A model generated the notes under the pieces. The model was not told the origin of the DNA. It made no database searches and saw only the letters and a program-made list of their open reading frames with translations. A DNA stretch of 64,000 bases from an uncultured Bdellovibrionales bacterium (GTDB lineage: Bacteria > Patescibacteriota > Minisyncoccia > Moranbacterales > UBA1568): positions 292,824 through 356,823 of the forward strand of contig CAZTBI010000001.1 in NCBI GenBank assembly GCA_964612055.1, read 5' to 3'. Positions 28,406 to 37,810 of this stretch are shown here, one piece after another; positions within the stretch are counted from its first letter, which is position 1; each line of letters opens with the position of its first letter. Both the position numbers and the translations under genes were made by a program.

Positions 28406-30085
28406 TTACGGTCTTGGCTGGTGAGGGCGATCGAGGGGAAGCTTGATAATAAATGTCGCCCCTTTCCCTGGCCCTTCTGACTCAACCGCAAGCAACCCTC
28501 CGTGAGCTTCAACGAAATTCTTACCAACATACAGGCCGAGTCCAGTACCAGAAACATCCAATTTCATGGTTTCTGAACTTCGGGTAAATTTTTCAAAGAC
28601 GCGCTTCGTATCACTCGGGTCAACGCCGATACCAGTATCTTTCACCTTAATAATCACGTGGCTCTCCTCTTTTTCAACGCTCACCGTTACTCCACCATCC
28701 TTGGTATACTTGATAGCATTATCGATGAGATTTGAGATCACTTCACGTATCTTGTTCACATCAAGGAAAAGCTTTGGCAAGGATCGTCCTGGTAGCTTGA
28801 TCTTGAGTGTCAGTTTCTTATCTTTGGCCATAAGAGCGAACATATCAACGATATCCGCTACCATTGGCTCAAGTTGTGTTTCGATAAAGTTGTATTGCAC
28901 CCGTCCTGATTCAATACGCGATACACTGAGCAAATCTTCGACTAATTGTGACATGCGATTGTTCACCATGTACACCTTGTTCAATACATCCTGTACCGAA
29001 GGGATTACTTTTCCATACGAGCCCTCAAGTACCAGTGAAATATAGCCCTTAATGGCTGTAATAGGCGTACGGAGCTGATGAGATGCAATAGAAATAAACT
29101 CGCTCTTAGCCGCATCAAGCCGTTTCAATTCTTGGTTGGCTGATGCTAATCGCGTTGAAAGTTCCAAAAGCTCCTCTTTACGCTTCACTTCTTTCTTGAC
29201 GGCAAAAACCAGGAAGGTTCCAAAGACGATAGTCAGCGCAAATGTTACCGAGGTCAGCGCAAGGTTGGTCGTTGTTTTTGAAAAGAATACCTGTGAGCCG
29301 CTCAGTACAACAAGCGTTCCAACCAACACCTGCGTACTAATAACTTTGATATCAAAGGTCTGGAAACGAACAATGCTGTAAGCAAAAAAGATTGAAAGGA
29401 TGATCATACCAAAGAGCCCGATGGCACCGATAGTCCAATCATCCGTAATAGAACCATACACATTACCCCCGGTAAATGAGAGAAGAAACAATACTACGCC
29501 CGAGGTGATATAGACCATCTCCCGACGATTTTCATTGGCCACTGCCTTACGATGGTAGATGATGCCGAAAAGCGTTATCCAGATAATAAAGATGGTTTCA
29601 ATGAGGTAAGAATAGTACGAAAAGAATACCTCATTTGGCAGACAAGCCCCTTGATCAAACCCAGAGAGGGTCAGTGTCGTTGGAACCAAGAAGAATTGTG
29701 GAAGAAAAATGACCGCGGCCATCAACTTGTAACGAAAAGGCATATCCTTGCCTGTAGAGAGCACGTAGACAAGGTAAAGCATGCACATATGCACCACCGG
29801 CTCGATAAAAACAAGCATGCTCCAGACAAACATGATGACATCGCTCCTATTAGCAGCCCAAAAGACCGAATCGAGAAATACCCACGTCCCGAAAGAAATC
29901 ATGGCAAGGAAAAAAGCGCGGTTTTGAAAACTTTTTACCCCATTACGCAGAACAAAAAAACCAAGAAAGAAAGCGATAATAAAAATAGGAATATGCGAGA
30001 CATACACCAGACTCGGAATCTCATTGAACAGCAAAAACTTTGGGGCCTCAAAGTCACAGGTGACCGCTGGTAGGAAAAAATCCAT
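28406..30085 (-). CDS. Sensor histidine kinase with N-terminal multi-TM (HisKA_7TM-like) sensor
   Basis: Many TMs; H-box SIASHQLRTP, N-box NLIDNAIKYT, G1 DTGIG, G2 GTGLGL. Confidence 0.92.
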   Translation of the reverse strand: MDFFLPAVTCDFEAPKFLLFNEIPSLVYVSHIPIFIIAFFLGFFVLRNGVKSFQNRAFFLAMISFGTWVFLDSVFWAANRSDVIMFVWSMLVFIEPVVHMCMLYLVYVLSTGKDMPFRYKLMAAVIFLPQFFLVPTTLTLSGFDQGACLPNEVFFSYYSYLIETIFIIWITLFGIIYHRKAVANENRREMVYITSGVVLFLLSFTGGNVYGSITDDWTIGAIGLFGMIILSIFFAYSIVRFQTFDIKVISTQVLVGTLVVLSGSQVFFSKTTTNLALTSVTFALTIVFGTFLVFAVKKEVKRKEELLELSTRLASANQELKRLDAAKSEFISIASHQLRTPITAIKGYISLVLEGSYGKVIPSVQDVLNKVYMVNNRMSQLVEDLLSVSRIESGRVQYNFIETQLEPMVADIVDMFALMAKDKKLTLKIKLPGRSLPKLFLDVNKIREVISNLIDNAIKYTKDGGVTVSVEKEESHVIIKVKDTGIGVDPSDTKRVFEKFTRSSETMKLDVSGTGLGLYVGKNFVEAHGGLLAVESEGPGKGATFIIKLPLDRPHQPRP

Positions 30086-30117
30086 AAGTCAAAAAGATTA
30101 CTTCAAGATAAAAACTA

Positions 30118-31152
30118 TCAAAAATAGATTTTTCTTCCGAAAACAAAAACCATGCCATCATAGCCGTGATCATCCTGATCACTCCCTTGTAACACTTGCA
30201 TATCTTCTATTACTATACCATGTTCTTCGAGAAATTTCTTGATCCTTTGCTCATTTACAGAGACCGCGGCCACTTTTTTCGAACCAACTCTGTACCAAGA
30301 AGCATTTCGAATGGCTGTCATAATAAAATAACCACCTGGACGAAGCTTTTCGACAAGATGCAGCACCCCTCTTTCCCACTGTGCCAAATTATCCGTAGCA
30401 GACTCTATAAGAAAGTGTGCCGACACGACATCGGGCAATCCATCTTTTGTAACCTCCCAGAGGATGCTCGATAACGCTTTACTTCCATCGAGTTCCAAAG
30501 AAGGAGAAAAAACATCGCAAGAAACAACGTGACGCCTCAAAACCTCTACCAAACGGCGATCTAGGACCTCGTTATCTGGAGAAAAGAGTATCTTTCTTAT
30601 CTGATCAGCGCATTCTCGAATAGAAACATCACTGCTTTTCCCCTGAGAATCAAGAGTCTCCTGATAAGACTGATCTTCACGAAGCATTCGTCGCACAACA
30701 GAAAAGTAACCTCCCCAAAGGTAAGTCTCTTCATCATGATCAAGATATTTTTGCACCTCCACCCTGTTCTCCTCTCTAAACTCTGCGTGCACGATAGCGG
30801 AAACGTTGAGACAGAGCGGGATATGCTGATAAATGGTCGGCCCACCACCGACATCAAGAAGTACGGCCTCACCTCGAGGGAAAGCCAGGAGAAGTCGGCA
30901 AGATACCTTTCTGAGAAAATTGAAAATAGCAGCATTCTCTATCTCTTCATCGGAAAGCCCAGTCTCTAGAGAAATGGCCTCCGTATCAAAGACTCCGCCA
31001 TGCGCCACCATCCCCTTCTCCACAGATTCGATCACTGACAAAAGCTGTTCTTGATTAAAATCAATCGGGTAATAGGTCTTCAAATATTCACGAGCAGAAA
31101 AAACCTCTGATAACGACGACATAACGTATCTTCCTGTAAGAGATGAAATCAT
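30118..31152 (-). CDS. NNMT/PNMT/TEMT-family small-molecule N-methyltransferase
   Basis: FSAREYLKTYY, LLDVGGGPTIYQ, SCDV, LRPGGYF, SWYRVGSKK mirror NNMT motifs (FNPRDYLEKYY, LIDIGSGPTIYQ, KCDV, LKPGGFL, SYYMIGEQK; recalled). Confidence 0.8.
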   Translation of the reverse strand: MISSLTGRYVMSSLSEVFSAREYLKTYYPIDFNQEQLLSVIESVEKGMVAHGGVFDTEAISLETGLSDEEIENAAIFNFLRKVSCRLLLAFPRGEAVLLDVGGGPTIYQHIPLCLNVSAIVHAEFREENRVEVQKYLDHDEETYLWGGYFSVVRRMLREDQSYQETLDSQGKSSDVSIRECADQIRKILFSPDNEVLDRRLVEVLRRHVVSCDVFSPSLELDGSKALSSILWEVTKDGLPDVVSAHFLIESATDNLAQWERGVLHLVEKLRPGGYFIMTAIRNASWYRVGSKKVAAVSVNEQRIKKFLEEHGIVIEDMQVLQGSDQDDHGYDGMVFVFGRKIYF

Positions 31153-31382
31153 TCGGTGGGACTATCGATATTCTCCGCCTCACTACCCTCAACAGTCTCT
31201 ACGTCGGTTATTGACTCACTATCAAGAAGAACTTCTTCTTCGACGGGTTCGCTTATAACCACTTCGAAATCACGAAAAATCAGGTAGCGAGCAAAAGAAA
31301 ACATAACCGTCCCGGCAAAAAGAAAGAAAAAAATATACAGAAGAATTCTTGATTTCCTATCCATACTGTTATTGTACATCAA
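31149..31382 (-). CDS. Small single-TM protein with acidic tail
   Basis: One TM then E/D-rich segment; ATGA overlap with the methyltransferase start. Confidence 0.55.
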   Translation of the reverse strand: MMYNNSMDRKSRILLYIFFFLFAGTVMFSFARYLIFRDFEVVISEPVEEEVLLDSESITDVETVEGSEAENIDSPTE

Positions 31383-31399
31383 TTTTTAGAGAGAGCAAT

Positions 31400-31996
31400 C
31401 TAAAGCGTTTTCAACGGAGCGCCCTTCTTATTTCTCAGGAAAAGCAGGGCCGTGACTAATCCATTCACAAGAAACATATACACCGGGTAAAACCCGATGA
31501 CAAACGTCCAGCTACTCACTGCCAAAATATTGAGAAAATTCGAAAGAGAGGTTACTGACCAAGCAGTTCTGTCCTCGCTTTTGGGATCGAGATAAGCTTT
31601 CTTGATTGTTGGAAGAAGACCAAAAAAATCTATCAAGATACTTGCAAACAGAGTCACTGTCGAAGAGTGGGAAATTTTCCAAAATACGATACTCACAAAA
31701 CAAGCGAAGAGGCAGAAACGATCAAAAGGTGTCCAGCCGCCCTCACCATATTTTAGAGAAAGAAGAAAGGCTATGAATGGACCAATAGCGTAGCTGAGCG
31801 GCACCCAAAGCGTTTCCCGGGCGCCGGAAGCGTAATAACTCATCACTATCATCACTCCCACAACGGTCAACACAAACCACGTCGCTCGATTCGGACGAGT
31901 TTTTCCATTCAAAATAGAGATATAGTAGAGAGCAAATGCCGAAAACTCGAGGAGGCCGGCTGAAAATCCTACTATTTGCTCAAAGGAGTATGGCAC
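31400..31996 (-). CDS. Polytopic membrane protein, possible PQ-loop/SWEET-like fold
   Basis: About 6-7 TMs with two related halves (SILNGKTRPNRATW; PTIKKAYLDPKSEDRTAW). Confidence 0.65.
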   Translation of the reverse strand: MPYSFEQIVGFSAGLLEFSAFALYYISILNGKTRPNRATWFVLTVVGVMIVMSYYASGARETLWVPLSYAIGPFIAFLLSLKYGEGGWTPFDRFCLFACFVSIVFWKISHSSTVTLFASILIDFFGLLPTIKKAYLDPKSEDRTAWSVTSLSNFLNILAVSSWTFVIGFYPVYMFLVNGLVTALLFLRNKKGAPLKTL

Positions 31997-32005
31997 AAAA
32001 GGTTA

Positions 32006-32395
32006 TCAAAGAGTATTTTTCTCTGGATACTTCTTCCCGCGTTCGATGAAATTTACTTCAGTATCTTTGAGGTCAAACTGTTGCACGAAATAGTTCACGA
32101 TATGATCCTGAGACAAGCCATTCTTGCAGGTATAGACATCGATACTGACAAAGCCACGACCTGGAAAAGTATGGATACTGATGTGACTCTCAGCGATTAC
32201 GACGAAACCACTCCAACCGCCTGGATCCTTCTTGCCATTACCCGCCGCAAAATACACTTCCGGACCGGCAAGAATATGCATATCAAGCATATCGGGCAAA
32301 TCCTTCAGACAATGCAACACCAGCTCTTTATTATTAAGCTTCTCGGCGTCTCCACCATACCCATCAAGCGTCAAATGTTCACCGAAGTGTCTCAT
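32006..32395 (-). CDS. speD: Pyruvoyl-dependent S-adenosylmethionine decarboxylase family proenzyme
   Basis: FGEHLTLD, GWSGFVVIAE-SHISIHTFP (autocleavage site), SIDVYTC; substrate not certain. Confidence 0.85.
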   Translation of the reverse strand: MRHFGEHLTLDGYGGDAEKLNNKELVLHCLKDLPDMLDMHILAGPEVYFAAGNGKKDPGGWSGFVVIAESHISIHTFPGRGFVSIDVYTCKNGLSQDHIVNYFVQQFDLKDTEVNFIERGKKYPEKNTL

Positions 32396-32493
32396 AGTTC
32401 TCTTCTCAGAAAAAATTTATTCTTCTCTAACAGAAAAATGATACCATAAAAAAGACTTTTTAAAAAGGATCTTCGAGTGATGAGATACTCAAA

Positions 32494-32527
32494 AATAACA
32501 GAAGGGGCTCTCGCCCCTTCTGTTATT
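32494..32527 (-). terminator. Intrinsic terminator
   Basis: AATAACAGAAGGGGC/GCCCCTTCTGTTATT perfect stem followed by T-run on minus strand; separates the acidic protein gene from the speD cluster. Confidence 0.75.
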
Positions 32528-32548
32528 CCTCGTTCACGTTCTCTCAAT

Positions 32549-33931
32549 TTAGAAGAGATTGAAGAACCAACCGAAGGCACTGAGACGATCACGCTGACCG
32601 TTTACAAAGACCTCCAACTTCGAAGTTTGTTCCTGCAACACTGCTACCTGTTCCAGAATGATAGCTTTCACATCCTGATCTTCGATAGATTGAGCAGCCT
32701 GGAGTAACGCCTCCGAACGAGCCTTGTTGGCTGTAATCTGGCTTTCCAAATCACTCAAATCACTTTCACTGGCTCCGAAAAGCGTCTGAAGAACGGGATT
32801 GCGCTTATCAACATCACTGACGGATTCGCCAACCTTCCTGGCGGCATCCTTGTGGTCCTCAGCAATCTGACGGATAGCCTCTCCAACACTGTCGTCCTCT
32901 ATATCAGCTACGTCCTTCAGGTGTTCAGCGACATCATCTGCCTCGTTCTCATAATCATCGTCAAACTGACTATCGGTACCACCCAAGGCGTAAATAGCCG
33001 ATTCCGCGGAGCTCTTGATTCTCTTCACTCGTCGTTCTAGAGCCTCCAAAGTCTCGCTCATAGTTTCTGAATCATACCCTCCAGAAGCGATCGTGGCCTT
33101 GAGAGTAGCTAGCTCTGCCTCTAAAGAAGCGAGGGATGAACGGAAGGCGCTTCCGTCACCACCGACTGCTTCAAGAAGAACGATCTTACCATAGGTCTGG
33201 GTAATCCGCTTGGAAACCTTGGCTACGTCTTCCGCCACTTCCTTGGCATCATGGAGATCCTTTTCACTCGCAAATTGAGCCAGCTTTCGGACTTCCTTAC
33301 TCAGATCCTTCGCTTTCTCCAAATCACTCGCATCGAAAGCGCTTCCCACAGAAGTCAGAGCCGCCTTAGCTAAAGCCAAACGTGCCAAAGCCGCTGTCGC
33401 ATCGACACCCTCAGCTTGCTTTTCCAAAATTTCCTTCTCCGCCTTGTCCACTTCTTCTGTCAACTTTGAAAGAGTCTGATCGCGATCGCGATACATGCCA
33501 TTGTCATCACTTTCATCTTCACCAAGGCCATCTTTAGAGTCATCCTCTGTCTCATTCTCTACTTCATTTTCTTCCTCTTTCACATCATTGTCATCATCCT
33601 GCTCGGCAGCCTTTTTGACAGCTTCGCGCTCTTGCTCAGCCCGCTTCTTTGCTGCTTCAGCAGCTCTCTTTTCGGACTCAGATTGACCATCGTCATCCTT
33701 ATCCTCGTCATTATCATTGTCTTCATCCTCACTCTCATCCTTATCCTCGTCCTTATCTTCATCCTCGTTGTCATCACCACCATCATCTTCACCATCTTTG
33801 GCCAAAGAAACCGGCACAAGGGATGGATTATTATGCGACACGATAGCCGCCATCCCCATGAATCCCCCGAAAGAAAGCACCGCTACCAAGAGGGCTGGTA
33901 GGACACCTATTTTCTTATCCCACACTTTCAT
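32549..33931 (-). CDS. Exported acidic protein with D/E low-complexity tract and helical domain
   Basis: N-terminal TM, long Asp/Glu run, Ala-rich amphipathic helices; start probably ATG 33931. Confidence 0.75.
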   Translation of the reverse strand: MKVWDKKIGVLPALLVAVLSFGGFMGMAAIVSHNNPSLVPVSLAKDGEDDGGDDNEDEDKDEDKDESEDEDNDNDEDKDDDGQSESEKRAAEAAKKRAEQEREAVKKAAEQDDDNDVKEEENEVENETEDDSKDGLGEDESDDNGMYRDRDQTLSKLTEEVDKAEKEILEKQAEGVDATAALARLALAKAALTSVGSAFDASDLEKAKDLSKEVRKLAQFASEKDLHDAKEVAEDVAKVSKRITQTYGKIVLLEAVGGDGSAFRSSLASLEAELATLKATIASGGYDSETMSETLEALERRVKRIKSSAESAIYALGGTDSQFDDDYENEADDVAEHLKDVADIEDDSVGEAIRQIAEDHKDAARKVGESVSDVDKRNPVLQTLFGASESDLSDLESQITANKARSEALLQAAQSIEDQDVKAIILEQVAVLQEQTSKLEVFVNGQRDRLSAFGWFFNLF

Positions 33932-34049
33932 ACTCTTTTTATTTTTGGCCAGTGACGAATTATGAAACACACTGGCTTCTTCTTATCTATACGTTTAGTA
34001 TAGCAAAAAGTTTTCAAAAAAGAAGAGACCTTATGTCAATCCAGGATTT

Positions 34050-34700
34050 TTACTCACCAGAAGCAGCGCTCTTAGCCTTTTCGACCAGAGACTTAAATTC
34101 TTCAATACTTCGAGGATTTTCCAACTTCTTCCCATTCAAGAAAAATGTCGGCGTACCGGTAATCTCAAGGCTATCGCCAGTTCCGCGATCATGGGTGATC
34201 TTGTCATCGATGGACGAATCAGCGATATCTTTTCGGAATTGTTCAACATCAATACCAATCCGAGTTGCATAGGAAGGAAAAATGCTCTTGGTTGGGTCTT
34301 CAGCGAGAGACCACTCACTTTGATTCGTAAACAAAAGATCGTACATCTCCCAAAACTTTCCCTGACGTCCAGCAGCTTCAGCAGCCCGAGCACTCGGAAG
34401 AGCATTCTTATGAATCTGAATCAACGGATAGTGACGAATAACCACTTTCACCTTATCACCAAGCTCCTCTGTCAGCTGCTTGATAAGCGGATAGTAAGCG
34501 CCACAAGCCGGACACTGAAAATCGGTATATTCTACCAGCGTCACCGGGGCATTTGCCTCTCCCTTTACCCAGTCTTTTTCTGTTACTTGAAGAAGATCGC
34601 TCTTCTCACTTGGCACCTCCGGGGCCGAAGCGAATTTCCAAATTCCAAAACCAACCAACGCGATAACCACTATCCCAACCAGCTTCATGATGCCACCCAT
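34050..34700 (-). CDS. DsbA-family thioredoxin-like oxidoreductase
   Basis: EYTDFQCPAC (CxxC), GTPTFFLNG. Confidence 0.9.
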   Translation of the reverse strand: MGGIMKLVGIVVIALVGFGIWKFASAPEVPSEKSDLLQVTEKDWVKGEANAPVTLVEYTDFQCPACGAYYPLIKQLTEELGDKVKVVIRHYPLIQIHKNALPSARAAEAAGRQGKFWEMYDLLFTNQSEWSLAEDPTKSIFPSYATRIGIDVEQFRKDIADSSIDDKITHDRGTGDSLEITGTPTFFLNGKKLENPRSIEEFKSLVEKAKSAASGE

Positions 34701-34785
34701 AATTTTTCTTTCAGACAGATTATAATTTCCCCTCTATCATACCTTTTTTGACTTTCCATTGGCAAGCCAAAGGACAAAAATTCCC

Positions 34786-35937
34786 TTACAGAGAGCCAAA
34801 AAGAGATCGGGTTACTGCAGCTGTTTTTTGCCAAGAAAACTTCTTGGCCTGAACCAGCCCCTGCTCAGAAAGCGTCTCCGAAAATTCATGGTCAGTCAGG
34901 ACGGATTGGAGCGCTCGGTACAATTCGTCTGGCTGATACGGATCGATTGCGATACCAGCTGTCCCGACGACCTCTGGTACTGCCGAAGAATGGGAAGTGA
35001 TCACCGGTACCCCAGAAGCCATGGCCTCAAGCGGCGGAAAGCCGAAACCTTCGTAGAGCGACGGATAGACAAAGACGCTGGCCAGATTATAAAGCGCCAC
35101 CTTGTCTTGATCAGCGATGAATCCTGGTAACAATATCTTGTCTCTGTGACGTGACTGCTCGCGAGCCAAAAAGATATCATCACACTTCCAGCCCGGTGTT
35201 CCGGCGAGTACCAAATCATACTTCTCCAAAAGCGGATTCTGAGAATCACGCAACGCGCTGTACCCCTGAATCAGCGCGGTGATATTTTTACGCGGCTCAA
35301 AAGTCCCAAGATACAGAATAAACTTATACGGCAGGTGGTATTTTTCTTTGACCCGAAGGAGCTCGGGATCATTACGATCCATCTTCTGAAAGCGTTCATC
35401 AATACCGCTTGGTATTACGGTAATTTTTTCCTCCGGTATATGATACAGCGTCGCCAAGTCATCCTTGGTTGATTGCGAGACCGCAATGATTCGATCCGCT
35501 CGCCGTACAAGGCCCCGGAAATTGACCAGAAAGTGCCAAAAGCGCTGCTTCCACGAAAATGTCTCCGGAAAAAGCTCAAACGAGAGATCATGTGTCGTCA
35601 CGACGAGTTTCGTCTCTTTTGAAACAGCAGCAAAATTCAGGTTAGGCAGAAAGAAAACATCCGTACCGCCGACGAGAAGATCAAGCTTCGGAAAACCAAA
35701 GTACCAAAGAGAGAGATTAAGAAGCTTGTTCGGGAATCGAAAAACCTTCAAGCTGACATGGCGATATTGGGAAAGCCAGGTGAAATCAGGCACTTCCTTT
35801 CTCCAGGCATTGAAAAAAAGCACGTACTCATTTTCTTGGTCGCTTTCAAAAAGCTCTTCCAAAAGAGCCAGCGTGTATTCTTCGACTCCTGTGCGCTTCC
35901 CCTCCGCAAGACACCGTATATCTATCCCTATGCGCAT
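34786..35937 (-). CDS. Glycosyltransferase family 4
   Basis: MRIGID, LGTFEPRKN, PSLYEGFGFPPLEAMASG; start moved to ATG 35937. Confidence 0.9.
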   Translation of the reverse strand: MRIGIDIRCLAEGKRTGVEEYTLALLEELFESDQENEYVLFFNAWRKEVPDFTWLSQYRHVSLKVFRFPNKLLNLSLWYFGFPKLDLLVGGTDVFFLPNLNFAAVSKETKLVVTTHDLSFELFPETFSWKQRFWHFLVNFRGLVRRADRIIAVSQSTKDDLATLYHIPEEKITVIPSGIDERFQKMDRNDPELLRVKEKYHLPYKFILYLGTFEPRKNITALIQGYSALRDSQNPLLEKYDLVLAGTPGWKCDDIFLAREQSRHRDKILLPGFIADQDKVALYNLASVFVYPSLYEGFGFPPLEAMASGVPVITSHSSAVPEVVGTAGIAIDPYQPDELYRALQSVLTDHEFSETLSEQGLVQAKKFSWQKTAAVTRSLFGSL

Positions 35938-35942
35938 CGCCG

Positions 35943-36554
35943 TTACGTTCGTGAAAAATAATGTCTCAGCAAGACTCCCCAAAACCCGATAAATGCTCCC
36001 ACGGCCAACCCAACCATCACAGCCAGATTGAGACTCACTCGACCGTCGCGAATAACCGGGTCACTTCCGATAACCACAAACCATCCTTTTTCCTTCTCTT
36101 CTGTATTCAGCGTTCCCGCATAACGATTGACTACTGTAACAGCCGCCGACGCTAAACGCTCCAAAACTTCCTTATTTTCACCGGCATATTTCACCGTGAT
36201 GACCTGCGAAGAAAGCCGTCCCGCTCCAAAAACTGAACTCAAATCTCGTATACCTAGAGTTTCTGGATTGAGACGTGCTTCACGGTAAATATCTTCAACA
36301 ACACGTGGCGTCGAGAGCCAGCGCACAACAGTATCAGCAAAACGCTCATCAGCCTGCAAACGGTAGAAACTGTCATAGCTATACTCTGCCGTCTCACTCA
36401 CGCCCGCTCTTCCGATATTTATGAGCAGCGTTGCCTCATACTTCACTGACTGCTCTTTTTGCCATACCCACGCCACAAAAATACAGGCAATGATCGCGCC
36501 TATAACAAAGGTTTTTTGCTTCTGAAAAACAGCGATGCATTCTCGTAATTCCAT
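35943..36554 (-). CDS. Wzz-like chain-length determinant (short)
   Basis: MELRE N-terminus, two terminal TMs, located among GT genes. Confidence 0.65.
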   Translation of the reverse strand: MELRECIAVFQKQKTFVIGAIIACIFVAWVWQKEQSVKYEATLLINIGRAGVSETAEYSYDSFYRLQADERFADTVVRWLSTPRVVEDIYREARLNPETLGIRDLSSVFGAGRLSSQVITVKYAGENKEVLERLASAAVTVVNRYAGTLNTEEKEKGWFVVIGSDPVIRDGRVSLNLAVMVGLAVGAFIGFWGVLLRHYFSRT

Positions 36555-36581
36555 ACTCTCTCACCATTCCAAACAAACGAA

Positions 36582-37694
36582 TTATCTCCTCCTTTGCAGG
36601 TGCTCCGCGAGAGCACTCTCTACATAGTCCTTTATTGTAGCCTTAAACTGTTCTTTGTCAAAACGAAGCGCCTGGCTGCGAATATAGGTCGGATCATAGT
36701 TTTTTTCATCAAATCCCTCTACCGCTCGCACAATAGCTTCAGGTGTCTGCTCATCAAAATAGACTCCCATCTTCCCCTCTTGCATGTGCTCGGTAATATC
36801 CCCTCCTCGATAGGCAATCAGTGGCCGACCAGAGGCCATGGCCTCGATTGCGACAATACCAAAATCCTCTTCCTGAGGAAAAACAAAGCCGCGACATTCA
36901 GCATAGTATTTCGGTAAATCAGTTTCCGGAACTCGACCAAGAAATTCTATCGTTGGACCAGCGAGTTTCTTCAAGCGCTTCATTTCTGGGCCACGCCCAA
37001 TAATTTTCAGTGGGAGACCAAGACGATTGAAAGCCTCAATAGCAATATCATGACGCTTGTAAGCAATGAGACGGCCAACCATGAGAAAGTATTCTTTCCG
37101 TTCTTCTGACTTAGCAACAAAGAATTGATTGACATTCACTGGGGGATGAATGACAGAGGCTTCTTTGCGGTAGTACTTTTCAATACGCTTGGCTACAAAT
37201 CGCGAATTAGCCAAAAAACGATCCACTCGATCAGCACTCGCCTTGTCCCAGAGACGAATTGGACTCATAAAAAATGGCACCAATTTTTTCACCAGTGCTG
37301 GAAAACCGAAATCCTGAGCATACTTCTGACAATCATCCCACGCATAACGCATCGGCGTATGCATATAGCAAATATGGAGCGTTTCAGGCCGAGTGATGAT
37401 GCCCTTGGCATAACTCGATGAATCAGAAAGGACGATATCGTATTTGGTAAAATCAAACTCCTCAATAGCGAGTGGCATCAGTGGCGGGAAAAAACGATGT
37501 CGTTTCCGAGCAAAAGGAAGCTGCTGAAGAAAAGAGGTGTAGATGCGCTTGTCGGCAAACTGTCCGCGCATCGCCTCATCATCGTGGATCAAGGTATAAA
37601 TCGGGGCATAGGGAAAAAGCTCAGTGAAAGCCTCGAGCACCCGCTCTGCTCCCCCATACTGCACCAAATAGTCATGCACCAAAGCAATTTTCAT
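36582..37694 (-). CDS. Glycosyltransferase family 4 (mannosyltransferase-like)
   Basis: MKIALVHDYL..YGGAERVL, EEDFGIVAIEAMASG; start ATG 37694. Confidence 0.9.
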   Translation of the reverse strand: MKIALVHDYLVQYGGAERVLEAFTELFPYAPIYTLIHDDEAMRGQFADKRIYTSFLQQLPFARKRHRFFPPLMPLAIEEFDFTKYDIVLSDSSSYAKGIITRPETLHICYMHTPMRYAWDDCQKYAQDFGFPALVKKLVPFFMSPIRLWDKASADRVDRFLANSRFVAKRIEKYYRKEASVIHPPVNVNQFFVAKSEERKEYFLMVGRLIAYKRHDIAIEAFNRLGLPLKIIGRGPEMKRLKKLAGPTIEFLGRVPETDLPKYYAECRGFVFPQEEDFGIVAIEAMASGRPLIAYRGGDITEHMQEGKMGVYFDEQTPEAIVRAVEGFDEKNYDPTYIRSQALRFDKEQFKATIKDYVESALAEHLQRRR

Positions 37695-37810
37695 CCCGTT
37701 AGAAGCAGGTCGCGTTCGCGTAATCTGCAAGTAAATATATATGGATTCTTAAAATGGAACTCCTCGCTCAAGCCTTGATACTAAAAATGCGACCGCGGCT
37801 TCTAACGGGA
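37695..37810. mobile_element. MITE-like element with terminal inverted repeats
   Basis: ATCCCGTTAGAAGC (37693-37706) / GCTTCTAACGGGAT (37798-37811) perfect 14-bp IR; TTCAT direct repeats at 37690-37694 and 37811-37815. Confidence 0.6.

Noticed and set aside
33490-33800. Repetitive TCATC/TCCTC tract as possible CRISPR or tandem array
   Set aside because: Explained by Asp/Glu codons; no repeat-spacer periodicity and no cas genes
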